Virus record (IMG/VR): IMGVR_UViG_3300025735_000009
Coordinates: 13,615-77,614 of that record
Strand: one strand, 5' to 3'
Length of the DNA stretch: 64,000 nucleotides
From: a virus
Lineage: Duplodnaviria > Caudoviricetes
In this document: in pieces, positions 52,739-62,066 of the stretch
How positions within the stretch are numbered: position 1 is the stretch's first letter
Layout of the letters: every line of letters starts with the position of its first letter
Program-made: the position numbers and the translations under genes
Notes under the pieces: model-generated
What the model was told of the DNA's origin: nothing
The model's database searches: none
Seen by the model: only the letters and a program-made list of their open reading frames with translations

Positions 52739-53627
52739 CGAACAGTTTCCCCAGCCATAGCCGGCTGCGGTCTTCCACAGCGCCTTCGTTATTCTCCATG
52801 CAGTGCGCGGCCGTGATCACCACCAGGTTTTCCCCAGCCACGCGCAGCACGTCCCCGGCAATGATCTGCTGGCAAATCATGCTGTCGACGGTCTTTGTGC
52901 GCACCAGGACGCTGCTGGCGTTGCGCAGCTGGCGCAGGTCCAACCCGGGCTGGAAGTGCATGCGCCGCCCCTCACCCATGGGCCCATTGAGTAGATCAGC
53001 CTTGTCGTCGGTGGAGTAATACGACGGTACCTGCTGGTACTGGTGCATGACACTCTCCACCTTGGCGCTGCTGTCCACCTGGCCAATGGTGTCCACCGGC
53101 TGCTGCGCCATCAGGTCGACCAGGCGGGTGGCGCTGATCTGGCCATTACGCAGCACCAGGGCCGCGCCTTCCTCCTGCAGCACCTGCACCAGGTGCACAC
53201 TTGGCTCAAACCCCCGGAAACACGTAAAGCGCGGCACTACGAAGTCGTTGGCGATCGAGGCATAGGCCCCACAAGCCCGGAAGGCGGCGCCAAAGGTCTG
53301 CCCTTCCTGCACCACAGCCGTCTGGCGCGGCTTGGCCACGCTGGCGCAGTTGTGCAGCAGGCCGGTAACCGTCATGGCCTGCTGCTGGCTGCTCCCCTGC
53401 ACCTGCCCCAGAGGCTGCGCCTTGTCGGTGTGCACGATCTCATAGCGCAGGTTTTCACGCCCCGACCAGAACGACGCCCCGTTGACCAGGCGCTTTTCCA
53501 CGCCATCGATCAGCTTGGCGGTGAATTCAATGGTCCGCGGTACCGGCGCCAGGTCCGAGCGCGATACCCAGCGCAGCACCACGTCGGTAGGCAGCTGATC
53601 GCCGGTTTCCGAGAGTAGAACGTTCAC
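52728..53627 (-). CDS. Baseplate hub-like protein (P1 gp6-like)
   Basis: 299 aa, RSDL.PVP.T.E pattern; between gp24-like and gp5-like genes as in P1. Confidence 0.6.
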   Translation of the reverse strand: MNVLLSETGDQLPTDVVLRWVSRSDLAPVPRTIEFTAKLIDGVEKRLVNGASFWSGRENLRYEIVHTDKAQPLGQVQGSSQQQAMTVTGLLHNCASVAKPRQTAVVQEGQTFGAAFRACGAYASIANDFVVPRFTCFRGFEPSVHLVQVLQEEGAALVLRNGQISATRLVDLMAQQPVDTIGQVDSSAKVESVMHQYQQVPSYYSTDDKADLLNGPMGEGRRMHFQPGLDLRQLRNASSVLVRTKTVDSMICQQIIAGDVLRVAGENLVVITAAHCMENNEGAVEDRSRLWLGKLFDAK

Positions 53628-54406
53628 CGGCTGCTGCTCCAGGTGACGCCCTCTACGGTGCCGTTTGCCCGCACCCCTGAGACAGCATCGTCCAGCTGCA
53701 CTTCGCGCAATGGCGGGTAGCCTGGCGGCGTATTGGCGCTACCGTCGTTGGCATCGCCCGGCCCTGGCGCGTCGAAGAATGGGATTGAGCACTTGAGGGT
53801 GATATCGGCCGCCAGAATTTTGATGTTCTTGGCGTCACCTGGTGCGGCCACGTTCATCCAGTCCACACGGTTGGTTTCCAGTGCTACCGGCATCGGCACC
53901 TTGTACTGGCCAAACTCGTATGGCGCGTCAAACCAGCGGTTCTTCGGCTCCTGGATGAATGAGGCCAGCTGGGCGGCCAGGCTCTGGGCCGAACCGCCCT
54001 CGCTGGCAATGATCACCACCTGCACGCGCCGATCCTGCATAACGTGCTTGTAGCCGTACCAGGAACCGCCCTCGACGATCTGCACCAGGCGCCGACCAAT
54101 GTGCACGCCGCCCCAGTCGGCGCCGGTACCGAGAAAGTTGTCATCCATCGCCAGCAGCACCACCGGCAGCATTCCAGCGGGGCCGTGTTCGTCATTGGAT
54201 GCCTTGCGGTAGAGCTCGAGCATTTCCTCTGCAGCGTCGATCATGCGTGCAGGCGCCCACTGGATGGCCTGCGCCATCGGCCTGGCCAGGAAATGCTGCA
54301 CAGCAGCGGTGTCGGCGTAGTCGGCGTAAATGCCCTTGCGCCAGCGCGCCAGGTACCGGCCAAAGCCCTTTTTGATCTGATCGAAACTGCCATCGCGCTT
54401 TGACAT
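53624..54406 (-). CDS. Tail completion-like protein (P1 gp24-like)
   Basis: 260 aa; synteny 24-6-5; own late promoter. Confidence 0.55.
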   Translation of the reverse strand: MSKRDGSFDQIKKGFGRYLARWRKGIYADYADTAAVQHFLARPMAQAIQWAPARMIDAAEEMLELYRKASNDEHGPAGMLPVVLLAMDDNFLGTGADWGGVHIGRRLVQIVEGGSWYGYKHVMQDRRVQVVIIASEGGSAQSLAAQLASFIQEPKNRWFDAPYEFGQYKVPMPVALETNRVDWMNVAAPGDAKNIKILAADITLKCSIPFFDAPGPGDANDGSANTPPGYPPLREVQLDDAVSGVRANGTVEGVTWSSSR

Positions 54407-54455
54407 ATAAACCTCAAACCCAGCCAGGGGAGATAGTCCCGCTGGCTATCTCCGT

Positions 54456-54497
54456 AGGCTATCAGTAGGTGCGGTCAGCCATTCACAGGGGTTTGCG
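54456..54497 (-). promoter_or_regulatory. Late promoter 8 (CGCAAACC-N28-TAGCCT)
   Basis: Box 54490-54497, -10 54456-54461. Confidence 0.6.
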
Positions 54498-55032
54498 TAT
54501 CGACACTGGCTGCAATTTCTTCGATAAGCGCCATGATCTCGTTGTACCGAGCGGTTCGGTCGGCGGCGGCAACGGCGCTCAGTTCATATTTGCGTAGGCG
54601 CAATTCGGCCAACTGTTCCTGGGCCCGCACTTTCTGCTCAGCCTGCTGCAGAATCAGGTCAGTAGCCTCGCGGTCGGTCAGGCCAGCCGCACGGGCGTAG
54701 CTGCTGATCCACACGCTGACCTCACCCTCGTAACCTGCATCCTGGAACTTTTGCGCAGCGATCTGGCGCAGGTTGTCCTCACTGTCGAAGCGGGACCAGG
54801 TCGCGTAGATTTCGGCCACTCGAGCATCGATCTTGGCGACCAACTGATCCGCTGTCAGCGCGACTGCCCGGGACTTCAATGCCGGTGGAAAGACGGTCCA
54901 GTCGAGCAGTTGGGTTCGCTGCCCATCCATGAGCTCCCGATACAGGTCATCGCTGATTTCTATGGCGTCATCGGGCAGGTTATCAATCGAATCGTAGAAA
55001 GCCCGGGCAGAAGGGCTGGCGTAAATTGGCAT
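54475..55032 (-). CDS. Tail fibre assembly protein/chaperone
   Basis: Y.SPS...FY......P.DAIEIS...Y..L..GQ N-terminus; directly after the fibre gene; GGAG RBS. Confidence 0.75.
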   Translation of the reverse strand: MPIYASPSARAFYDSIDNLPDDAIEISDDLYRELMDGQRTQLLDWTVFPPALKSRAVALTADQLVAKIDARVAEIYATWSRFDSEDNLRQIAAQKFQDAGYEGEVSVWISSYARAAGLTDREATDLILQQAEQKVRAQEQLAELRLRKYELSAVAAADRTARYNEIMALIEEIAASVDTQTPVNG

Positions 55033-55080
55033 GTAGCACTCCAAAGGGGGCAAGACTGCCCCCGCTAAGTTATGTAGGGA

Positions 55081-58000
55081 TCAATACCCGAAGGCGCGCC
55101 ATTGAACGTATCGCGAGTGGAACAGCAGGTTGTCCATGAACGCTTGTCCTTCAAACCCTGATTTGGTTGGGATTGAAACGCTGAGCTCTTGCCGTGCGGT
55201 TCGGATATCGGAGACGTCAAAATCCTGAGTAGAAATCCCGATTGTCGCGCTCAAATTCAGGCAATAGAGAGAAAAGCCGATGGGAAAGGTCGTATCGATG
55301 GAAGCGGCAGACACGTAGGGCGGGAGCACAATGGACCCCCACTGCTCGATGAGCCCGTTGGGCTTCTTCTCGTACCCACCTGTCTGCGAGTCATAACGCG
55401 TCCACGGCATCTTCAGCGAATCGACGCCAGTACCATCGAGAATCCAGATGTTTTGCCCGTAGTAGCGAGCGTCAACGTATGTGTCAGGAGGAAGGCTTAC
55501 CAGGTTCCCAGTGCCCGCGTTTCCGCTCGCCTGGATTTTGTCACTTCCTTGCACGCCCAAGGACACCGTATTTAGCGACCAGTTCTGAACGCGCACCACG
55601 GCGCCGATTGGCACGTTGAGCGTGGCGCTATTCGGCAACGTGTAGCCCATGATGAAGTTGCCCCAGAAGTGGATGATCCCGCCAATGTGGCCAATCACCC
55701 CCGCCAGCGTTCCCGCCTGATTTCGCTGCGTGATACTGCTGTACTGGACACCCCTGGTTTGGACAAACTCCGCGTTCACCACCTTTTTATCGCCGGTGAA
55801 AGGTACGGGCGTAGGTGCGGTTGGCGTGCCTGTCATCGCCGGGCTGTTGAAGTCCGTCTGGCTCAACATGACGTTGACGCCATCACCCCAAAGCATCGAG
55901 CTGGTGCCTTGCGTCACGACAATGCCGGTACCGCTCGCATACTTGACCGTCAGCGTGTAAGCGCCGGTGGTGTTGTTTACGATGGTCCAGCGTCCTTTGA
56001 CGGTTGGCAGCACAACGTTCTTGTTGCCCGTCAATACACCTGTCAGCACAACCGTGCCCACGCCAGCCTGGGCGGCGGTCAGCGTCGTAGTGCCCGAGCC
56101 TGCAACCGAGGTAGCGGTCGCGCCCCCGATAGCGTCCTGGACGAATGCGGTGTTCGCCAGCTGGGTAGAGCTATTGCCAGCGGCAGCGCTAGGCGCAGAC
56201 GGGGTTCCCGTGAAGGTAGGCGAATCAAGGAATGCCACCTCGCTCCAGGCCGACCAGGTGTTGTAGAAGCTGCGCACCCACATGCGGCCAGAGTTGTACT
56301 GGATATAGACCTGGGTGGTGATGGTGGTGCTGGCCGATTGGACCAGCAGGGTGCCCGCCGTGGCCACAGGGTAGTTCAGCGCCAGCGTTGCGTTGTTGTT
56401 GAGCGTCTGCCCGTAGGAGCCTGGGGTGCGCAAGGTGTTGAGGTCTACGCCCGCGCCCAGATTGGCGCGCGCTTGACCATCCGGCCCCCACCCTGCAAAG
56501 CCCAGTGTCTTATGTACAAACGACGTGGTCGCGATCCGAGTGGTGCTGTCCCCGTCGGCGCCGTTTGGGGCAGTAGGCATACCGGTGAAGTCTGGACTAG
56601 CCAGCGGTGCCTTGAGCGCCAGCTGGCTAGCCAGGGTGGTGGCAAAGTTTGGGTCGTTGCCCAACGCATCCGCCAGCTCTTTCAGGGTGTCGAGCGTACC
56701 AGGTGCCGATGCCACCAAAGCGCTCAGCGCAGCTTGGACAAATGCGGTCGTGGCCAGACGAGTGCTGTTGTTGCCGCTTGCCTGGGTTGGCGCCGTGGGC
56801 GAGCCAGTGAACGCAGGGCTTGCCAGCGGTGCTTTAGGCGCAATCGCGTCCTGCACAAAGCCAGTGGTGGCGATCTGGGTCGAGTTGTTGCCCGACGCAG
56901 GTGTCGGGGCGGAAGGCGTACCGGTGAAGGACGGCGAGTCTACCCGCGCCTGTTCCTGCCACGGCCCCCAGGTGCCGGAGTTGAGCGTCCGGGTGAATAC
57001 TCGGTTGTACAGCGTAGCGTTGGCCTGCTGCACGGTGATCACCATCTGAGCGGCATAGCCGGTGCCGTAGGTCTGATGGAGCAGCATGCCCGAGGTGCTC
57101 GCCAGCGGGATGGCGTTCGCAGTGTTTGGGAACTTGTAAAAGCCCGATGTAAGTGAGACGTCGTCCAGGTCGGTAATTGCCGGCTGCGCGCTGGTGCCCA
57201 GGCCGTTGGCAGCCAGGCCAGCGAGCAGCGCCTTCATGGTCGCGATTTGGTCGGTATTGGTACCTACTGGTGCAGTCGGGGCGGTCGGCGTGCCGCTGAG
57301 CGCCGGAGAGTCCGTGTAAGCGAACTCCTGCCACGCGCTCCACGTCCCCGACCACATTTGCCGATGCCATACGCGGTTTTTGTTCGCGGCAACCGAGGTG
57401 ACAGGTGTGGCGAACTGGCTATGGCCACTTGTCGCGGTCCCCCCCGCCAGGTGCAGGATGACATGCCCGACGGACAGCGGCAGGCCCGAATCTGTGGCGT
57501 CGGTGTTGCTGATCATGAACGAACCACTGATGCGGTTCGCATCCACACCATTGAGCGCCGGGGCGAGGCTCACGCCCCAACCTACAGCACTGATCAGCTG
57601 ATTGATCTGGTCAACGGACGCCAGCTCTTGCCAGGCGGACCACAAGGGGTTTTCTGGGGTGCCACCGTTCGCGTATCGAACAAAGGTCTTGGCGTAGCCA
57701 GGCCCCTGCACGACCTGCGTAGCCTGAATGCTGGAAGCCGTCGACAGGCGCAGGAAGAACTGCACGGTCGATGAGGTGTTCAGGCCTGGCGGAAGATCCG
57801 TGTTGCTTGCCACGGTGCGATAGGCGCCGGCCCCGACGTTCAAGCAGTTGTTGATAGAGGTATTGGGCCAGCCGGGCTGGTAATCCAGGTTGCCAATACC
57901 ACCGGCCAACATGGCCTGCACCAGGGCCTTCATGGTGGCCACCTGGTCGGTGTTGGTACCTACTGCGGCCGTGGGCGCCGTCGGGGTGCCGGTGAAGCTG

Positions 58001-59511
58001 GGGGAGTCGGTATCGGCAAACTCTTTCCAGTCCGTCCAGCCGCTACCGAACTGTTGGCGGTGGAACAGCCGGGTGCGGTTGGCGGTAACGCTGGTCGCTG
58101 GCCCTGCGATCTGGATAGCAGAGGTGCCGGTGTTGAGGTGGAAGATGTACCAGCCCACTGTCCCGATCTGGGACGGCCCGTTCACGCCGCCATTGCCGAC
58201 TGTTGCCAGGTTGTACAGGCCGCCGGCATTGATGGCGTTGGCGTCACTGACGTTTGCAGCGCTTGGGCCGATGCCGTACAGCGCTAGCGCCCGCTGAACG
58301 AACGCGGTGTTTGCGATCGAGGTGTCGTTATCGCCGTCGGCCTGGTTTGGAACGGTCGGGTTGCCGCTGAGCGCCGGGCTCGCCAACGGGGCTTTGAGGC
58401 CAAGCTGCGTGGCCATGGTGGTGGCAAAGTTCGGGTCATTGCCCAGCGCGGTCGCCAGCTCCTTCAAGGTGTCGAGCGCTGCAGGTGAAGAGTCGACCAG
58501 CGCCGCCAGAGCCGCGGCCACAAACGCCGTGGTCGCGATCTGGGTGTTATTGGTGCCTTTGGCGGCCGTGGGTGCAGTTGGCGTGCCGGTGAGCGCAGGA
58601 CTCAGCAGAGGCGCGCGCAGGGCCTGGGATTCGAGCAGGCGGCGCACGGATACCCAGTTGGTGCTGCTGGTGGCGGTGGTGCCAGTGACTTCGGCGGTGG
58701 TGGCTTCGGAGCTGGCAAAGCCTGCGCCGGCGGTCAGCTGGAAAGCAGTGCCGTCGTAGTAAACGTCATACACGCCGCCGGCGATGATGCTGCCTGCGGT
58801 TACGGCAACGCCGCCGGTCTTGAGGACGGGCTTGGCGCCGACGCCATTGATATTGATCGTAGCGGCGCCGGTGTTGCTGGCGGTAGCCTTGAACGAGAAG
58901 CGCTGGCCCAGAATGTATTCAGTCAGCTCGACAATGGCCGGCAGGGTCAGGGTGATGGCGTTGGCAGAGCCCCCGACATTGCCCCACAAGTGCCCTTGGT
59001 AGTCGGGGAACTTCGCGCGCAGGGCATACTGCGGGTGAGCGTTAGACGCGCCCTCGTGCGCAGCCAGGGCCGCCAGCGCCACGCTTTCATTCGGGTCAAC
59101 GACAAAGCTGATGCTGTTCGCCGGTACCGAGGCGAACGACAAGTCGTTGAACAGCACATAGGTGACGCCGTCGGTCTTGTAGGAAGCAACGGTACCGTCC
59201 TGCTTGGACCAGACGAACACCAGGACGTCGCCTGCCCACCAGCCGATCTCGCCCACCGGCACCTGGCCGACGTTTTCGCGCCAGGCGCTGGTCATGCGGA
59301 TCTGATAGGGGGTTGGACGGCTGGCGCCAGCTACGGGCACCTTGTTGCCTACCGGGCTTTTCAGGGCAACTTCGGTACCCTTGGGGTCGTAGTGCGCAGT
59401 GCCGAATGACACATGGGTCAGGGTGAGTTCGAGCCCGGTACCGGCGGCATTGAACGCCGCCGCCTGACCCGCTTGGGTCAATGTCGGGTTGATGATTACA
59501 GGATTTGCCAT
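55081..59511 (-). CDS. Long tail fibre with five knob modules
   Basis: Tail-collar N-terminus; repeated SP.(L/F)TGTPTAPT...NxTQIATT.FV shaft units; five W..W.E-terminated knobs; C-terminal GLIEQWG domain. Confidence 0.9.
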   Translation of the reverse strand: MANPVIINPTLTQAGQAAAFNAAGTGLELTLTHVSFGTAHYDPKGTEVALKSPVGNKVPVAGASRPTPYQIRMTSAWRENVGQVPVGEIGWWAGDVLVFVWSKQDGTVASYKTDGVTYVLFNDLSFASVPANSISFVVDPNESVALAALAAHEGASNAHPQYALRAKFPDYQGHLWGNVGGSANAITLTLPAIVELTEYILGQRFSFKATASNTGAATININGVGAKPVLKTGGVAVTAGSIIAGGVYDVYYDGTAFQLTAGAGFASSEATTAEVTGTTATSSTNWVSVRRLLESQALRAPLLSPALTGTPTAPTAAKGTNNTQIATTAFVAAALAALVDSSPAALDTLKELATALGNDPNFATTMATQLGLKAPLASPALSGNPTVPNQADGDNDTSIANTAFVQRALALYGIGPSAANVSDANAINAGGLYNLATVGNGGVNGPSQIGTVGWYIFHLNTGTSAIQIAGPATSVTANRTRLFHRQQFGSGWTDWKEFADTDSPSFTGTPTAPTAAVGTNTDQVATMKALVQAMLAGGIGNLDYQPGWPNTSINNCLNVGAGAYRTVASNTDLPPGLNTSSTVQFFLRLSTASSIQATQVVQGPGYAKTFVRYANGGTPENPLWSAWQELASVDQINQLISAVGWGVSLAPALNGVDANRISGSFMISNTDATDSGLPLSVGHVILHLAGGTATSGHSQFATPVTSVAANKNRVWHRQMWSGTWSAWQEFAYTDSPALSGTPTAPTAPVGTNTDQIATMKALLAGLAANGLGTSAQPAITDLDDVSLTSGFYKFPNTANAIPLASTSGMLLHQTYGTGYAAQMVITVQQANATLYNRVFTRTLNSGTWGPWQEQARVDSPSFTGTPSAPTPASGNNSTQIATTGFVQDAIAPKAPLASPAFTGSPTAPTQASGNNSTRLATTAFVQAALSALVASAPGTLDTLKELADALGNDPNFATTLASQLALKAPLASPDFTGMPTAPNGADGDSTTRIATTSFVHKTLGFAGWGPDGQARANLGAGVDLNTLRTPGSYGQTLNNNATLALNYPVATAGTLLVQSASTTITTQVYIQYNSGRMWVRSFYNTWSAWSEVAFLDSPTFTGTPSAPSAAAGNSSTQLANTAFVQDAIGGATATSVAGSGTTTLTAAQAGVGTVVLTGVLTGNKNVVLPTVKGRWTIVNNTTGAYTLTVKYASGTGIVVTQGTSSMLWGDGVNVMLSQTDFNSPAMTGTPTAPTPVPFTGDKKVVNAEFVQTRGVQYSSITQRNQAGTLAGVIGHIGGIIHFWGNFIMGYTLPNSATLNVPIGAVVRVQNWSLNTVSLGVQGSDKIQASGNAGTGNLVSLPPDTYVDARYYGQNIWILDGTGVDSLKMPWTRYDSQTGGYEKKPNGLIEQWGSIVLPPYVSAASIDTTFPIGFSLYCLNLSATIGISTQDFDVSDIRTARQELSVSIPTKSGFEGQAFMDNLLFHSRYVQWRAFGY

Positions 59512-59561
59512 AAAGCCCCCAGATTTGGTGTTGCGCCAAATTCTGAGGGCCCAAAAACGGC

Positions 59562-60272
59562 TCAATTGAGGTGACTTTGCGCCCCGCCGCCGATGCTGTA
59601 AGTCAGGTTTGTGCCGCCGGCAATGTAGGCTGGCCCGACGGTGACAGGCCCCTCCACGCTGCGGGGGTAGTAGATTTCCGAGCCAGTAGTACGGCAGACG
59701 GTGACCATGCTGGCGATCATGCCCGCCGGATAGATTGCGTTGAGGCTCAAGGCGGCTCGCAACTCCAGCACAAACTTGGCAGCCACCGCCGTGCGGGCCG
59801 CGCGCAAGATGCGCTCAGGAACGATATCTGTCTCAATGTCTACGCGCAGGCGGCTTGTAAGGTAGTAGTCCTCAAAGTCACCCCCTGCGCTTTTGAGCTC
59901 ATCCTCGCTAAGGCAATCGTCTGGGTACTTGCCATCCTTGTGGCACCACAGCTGCGCGATCGTGTAAACGGGCCCAAACAGCACGTTGAGATAGGCCGCC
60001 AGGAATGCGGTACCGCGCTGGGGGTTGTTGTAGCGCCAGGCGTGGAACAGATGCCGGATGTGCTCCACCGTGGTCGTGCGCAGCACCGCCAGGCCGTCAC
60101 CCGACACATAGCGCTCAATGATGTCGATGGAGCCCAGTTGCGGCATGCCGTAGAGCGCCAGCTCGTTTACACCTGGGTCTACCCGGTCCTTGTAGAGTTG
60201 AAGGAACAGGGCTTTAAATTCGGCCTCCACGTCGTCGGCCACGGCGCTGCGCTGCAGAGGGATCAGCTCCAT
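59562..60272 (-). CDS. Baseplate wedge/tail protein (P1 gp16-like)
   Basis: 236 aa between the baseplate J-like gene and the fibre; RGTAFL..YL..LFG pattern. Confidence 0.6.
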   Translation of the reverse strand: MELIPLQRSAVADDVEAEFKALFLQLYKDRVDPGVNELALYGMPQLGSIDIIERYVSGDGLAVLRTTTVEHIRHLFHAWRYNNPQRGTAFLAAYLNVLFGPVYTIAQLWCHKDGKYPDDCLSEDELKSAGGDFEDYYLTSRLRVDIETDIVPERILRAARTAVAAKFVLELRAALSLNAIYPAGMIASMVTVCRTTGSEIYYPRSVEGPVTVGPAYIAGGTNLTYSIGGGAQSHLN

Positions 60273-61675
60273 TATTCGGCTTCCTCGACAAAGACCTGCA
60301 GGCTGGCGTCGGTGATGTAGCGATGGTGCTCGGGCAGCACAACGGGTATTTCGTTGGTGATGGAGTTGATCACCAGGTTACCCAGCCGCGGGTTGAGCGC
60401 CTCCACGCTATTGCGCAGAAGGTCGTAAATGTCCTTCTCCAGCATCCTGGCCTCACCGCGCTGCGACCAGGCCGAGTTCGCCCCGTACTTGGCGAGCATC
60501 AGGGTGCGCACCGCTTCCTTCACGGCAGCCTCGTCATAAACCGACGTGATGTAGAGCGTCAGCTTGACCGAGACGATTGAAGGCACCACGGCCCGAATCC
60601 GGTAGCGCAGGCTGCTGTCAGCCCGGGCCACGATTTCCTTGATGCGCTTGTGCAGGGTGGCGTCGTCGCCGCCTTCCTTCGACGCCGCCACAAACAGGCA
60701 ATTCATGTTCATCACATTTGAGCCGCGCACAGCCTCTTCCCGCGCTTCGTTCCAGATACTCAGGAAGGTGACCGGCGCCACCTTTTTACGCACCAGAAAG
60801 TCGAAATTGGACAGGAATACCGCGCTTTCATCGTAGATCGCCGGGTATGAGCAAATTTCCCGCATGGTATTGATATCCATGGGGTCGGCGCCGGGCTGCG
60901 TGACCTCAGACAGCTCCATGACCATCTGCGACTCGAGTAGCCCGGTGCTGGCGCCAGCGTAGCGAAATGCGAACTTCATGCCTTCGGATAGGGTGAGCTC
61001 GCCCTCAGTGTCCTGCACCCGCACAGTGATGCTCTCGCCCAGCGCGGGCTGGTAGCCGGTCAGGTTGGCGATACCAAACTGCACGCTCAGCTGGCTCGAC
61101 TCATCGCTTTTGATGTTGAACACCTTGTCGCCGGCCAGGGTGTTCGCGAACTCGTTGGAGAGCTCGAAGTCCGCGACTGCAACGTCGGCGATATAGCCCA
61201 CCTCTGCCTGCGGGATCGGGATCGTGTAGAACGGCCTGGATTGGGTGACCGAATGCGTCAGCGTGCGCGTCTTCACCTGGTTGGCCACCATGTAGCCGAC
61301 CTGCCCGCCCAGCACCGTCACGCCACCCGTTACCAGCCAATAGCGCCCCTGCTGATCGATCAGCTCCCGTCCGGCGATGACCTGCATCTGGCTATCCGAG
61401 CCGTTGGTTACCTTGATCCGGCAGATGGTTGGCGTGGCAAACGAAAGGATGCCCTTTACGGCGCCGTCAGCGCGCACTGTGACGTCCCGCGCCTTGGTGA
61501 AGGGCTCAGCACTGGTCGTGTCGACCTGCTCGCTCAGGCGCGCCAGCATGGCCGCATTGGCGGCGATCATCTGCATGATCATCGGATCGCCGATCGCATA
61601 GCGGGCCGCCAGGGTGGGATAGCCGGCGATCTCGTTGACCGCCTGCTGAATGAATTGGTCTTTAGTAACTGCCAC
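60272..61675 (-). CDS. Baseplate J-like wedge protein (P1 BplA-like)
   Basis: 467 aa; GADP......R......YD...VF...F.FLVR; synteny. Confidence 0.7.
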   Translation of the reverse strand: MAVTKDQFIQQAVNEIAGYPTLAARYAIGDPMIMQMIAANAAMLARLSEQVDTTSAEPFTKARDVTVRADGAVKGILSFATPTICRIKVTNGSDSQMQVIAGRELIDQQGRYWLVTGGVTVLGGQVGYMVANQVKTRTLTHSVTQSRPFYTIPIPQAEVGYIADVAVADFELSNEFANTLAGDKVFNIKSDESSQLSVQFGIANLTGYQPALGESITVRVQDTEGELTLSEGMKFAFRYAGASTGLLESQMVMELSEVTQPGADPMDINTMREICSYPAIYDESAVFLSNFDFLVRKKVAPVTFLSIWNEAREEAVRGSNVMNMNCLFVAASKEGGDDATLHKRIKEIVARADSSLRYRIRAVVPSIVSVKLTLYITSVYDEAAVKEAVRTLMLAKYGANSAWSQRGEARMLEKDIYDLLRNSVEALNPRLGNLVINSITNEIPVVLPEHHRYITDASLQVFVEEAE

Positions 61676-61985
61676 GGTCCACCTCTCCGGTCAGGGCATC
61701 AACGCTGACCGAAGCGCCGTTGATGTTGATATACAGGTTTTTGCGATCGATACCGTTGTTGGTGGCCTCAAGACTGATCGTTCCCACGGGCAGCGCTGCA
61801 AGCACGGGAATATCGGCTTTCATCTTGGCTAGGAAGGCGTCAGCGATCGGGGAACTGAGTGGCTTTTGCAGCCAGTCTTCGAGCGGTGCACCGTAGGTCG
61901 AGCCCAGATAGGTTCTGGGCTTGGTTTTCAGCCAGTGGGCAATCATCCGAAACAGCAGGTCGGCGTTTAGCGAGTCATCAGCCAT
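61662..61985 (-). CDS. gp25/W-like baseplate protein (P1 PmgA-like)
   Basis: MI.HWL.T....YLGS.YG......L..P.......FL.KM..DIP.L pattern; ATG 61985. Confidence 0.7.
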   Translation of the reverse strand: MADDSLNADLLFRMIAHWLKTKPRTYLGSTYGAPLEDWLQKPLSSPIADAFLAKMKADIPVLAALPVGTISLEATNNGIDRKNLYININGASVSVDALTGEVDRGSY

Positions 61986-62013
61986 AGGGCACCAGCACGG
62001 TTTATTGAGCGCC

Positions 62014-62055
62014 ATGGTGACAAAGAAAAACCGCCACATTGCGTGGCGGTTTGCG
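62014..62055 (-). promoter_or_regulatory. Late promoter 9 (CGCAAACC-N28-CACCAT), overlapping a terminator-like hairpin
   Basis: Box 62048-62055, -10 62014-62019. Confidence 0.7.
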
Positions 62056-62066
62056 TGGCTTGGACG

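Noticed and set aside
54420-59560. P1-type Cin/cix invertible tail-fibre segment
   Set aside because: No serine invertase ORF, no inverted alternative fibre tip and no paired cix-like repeats seen.
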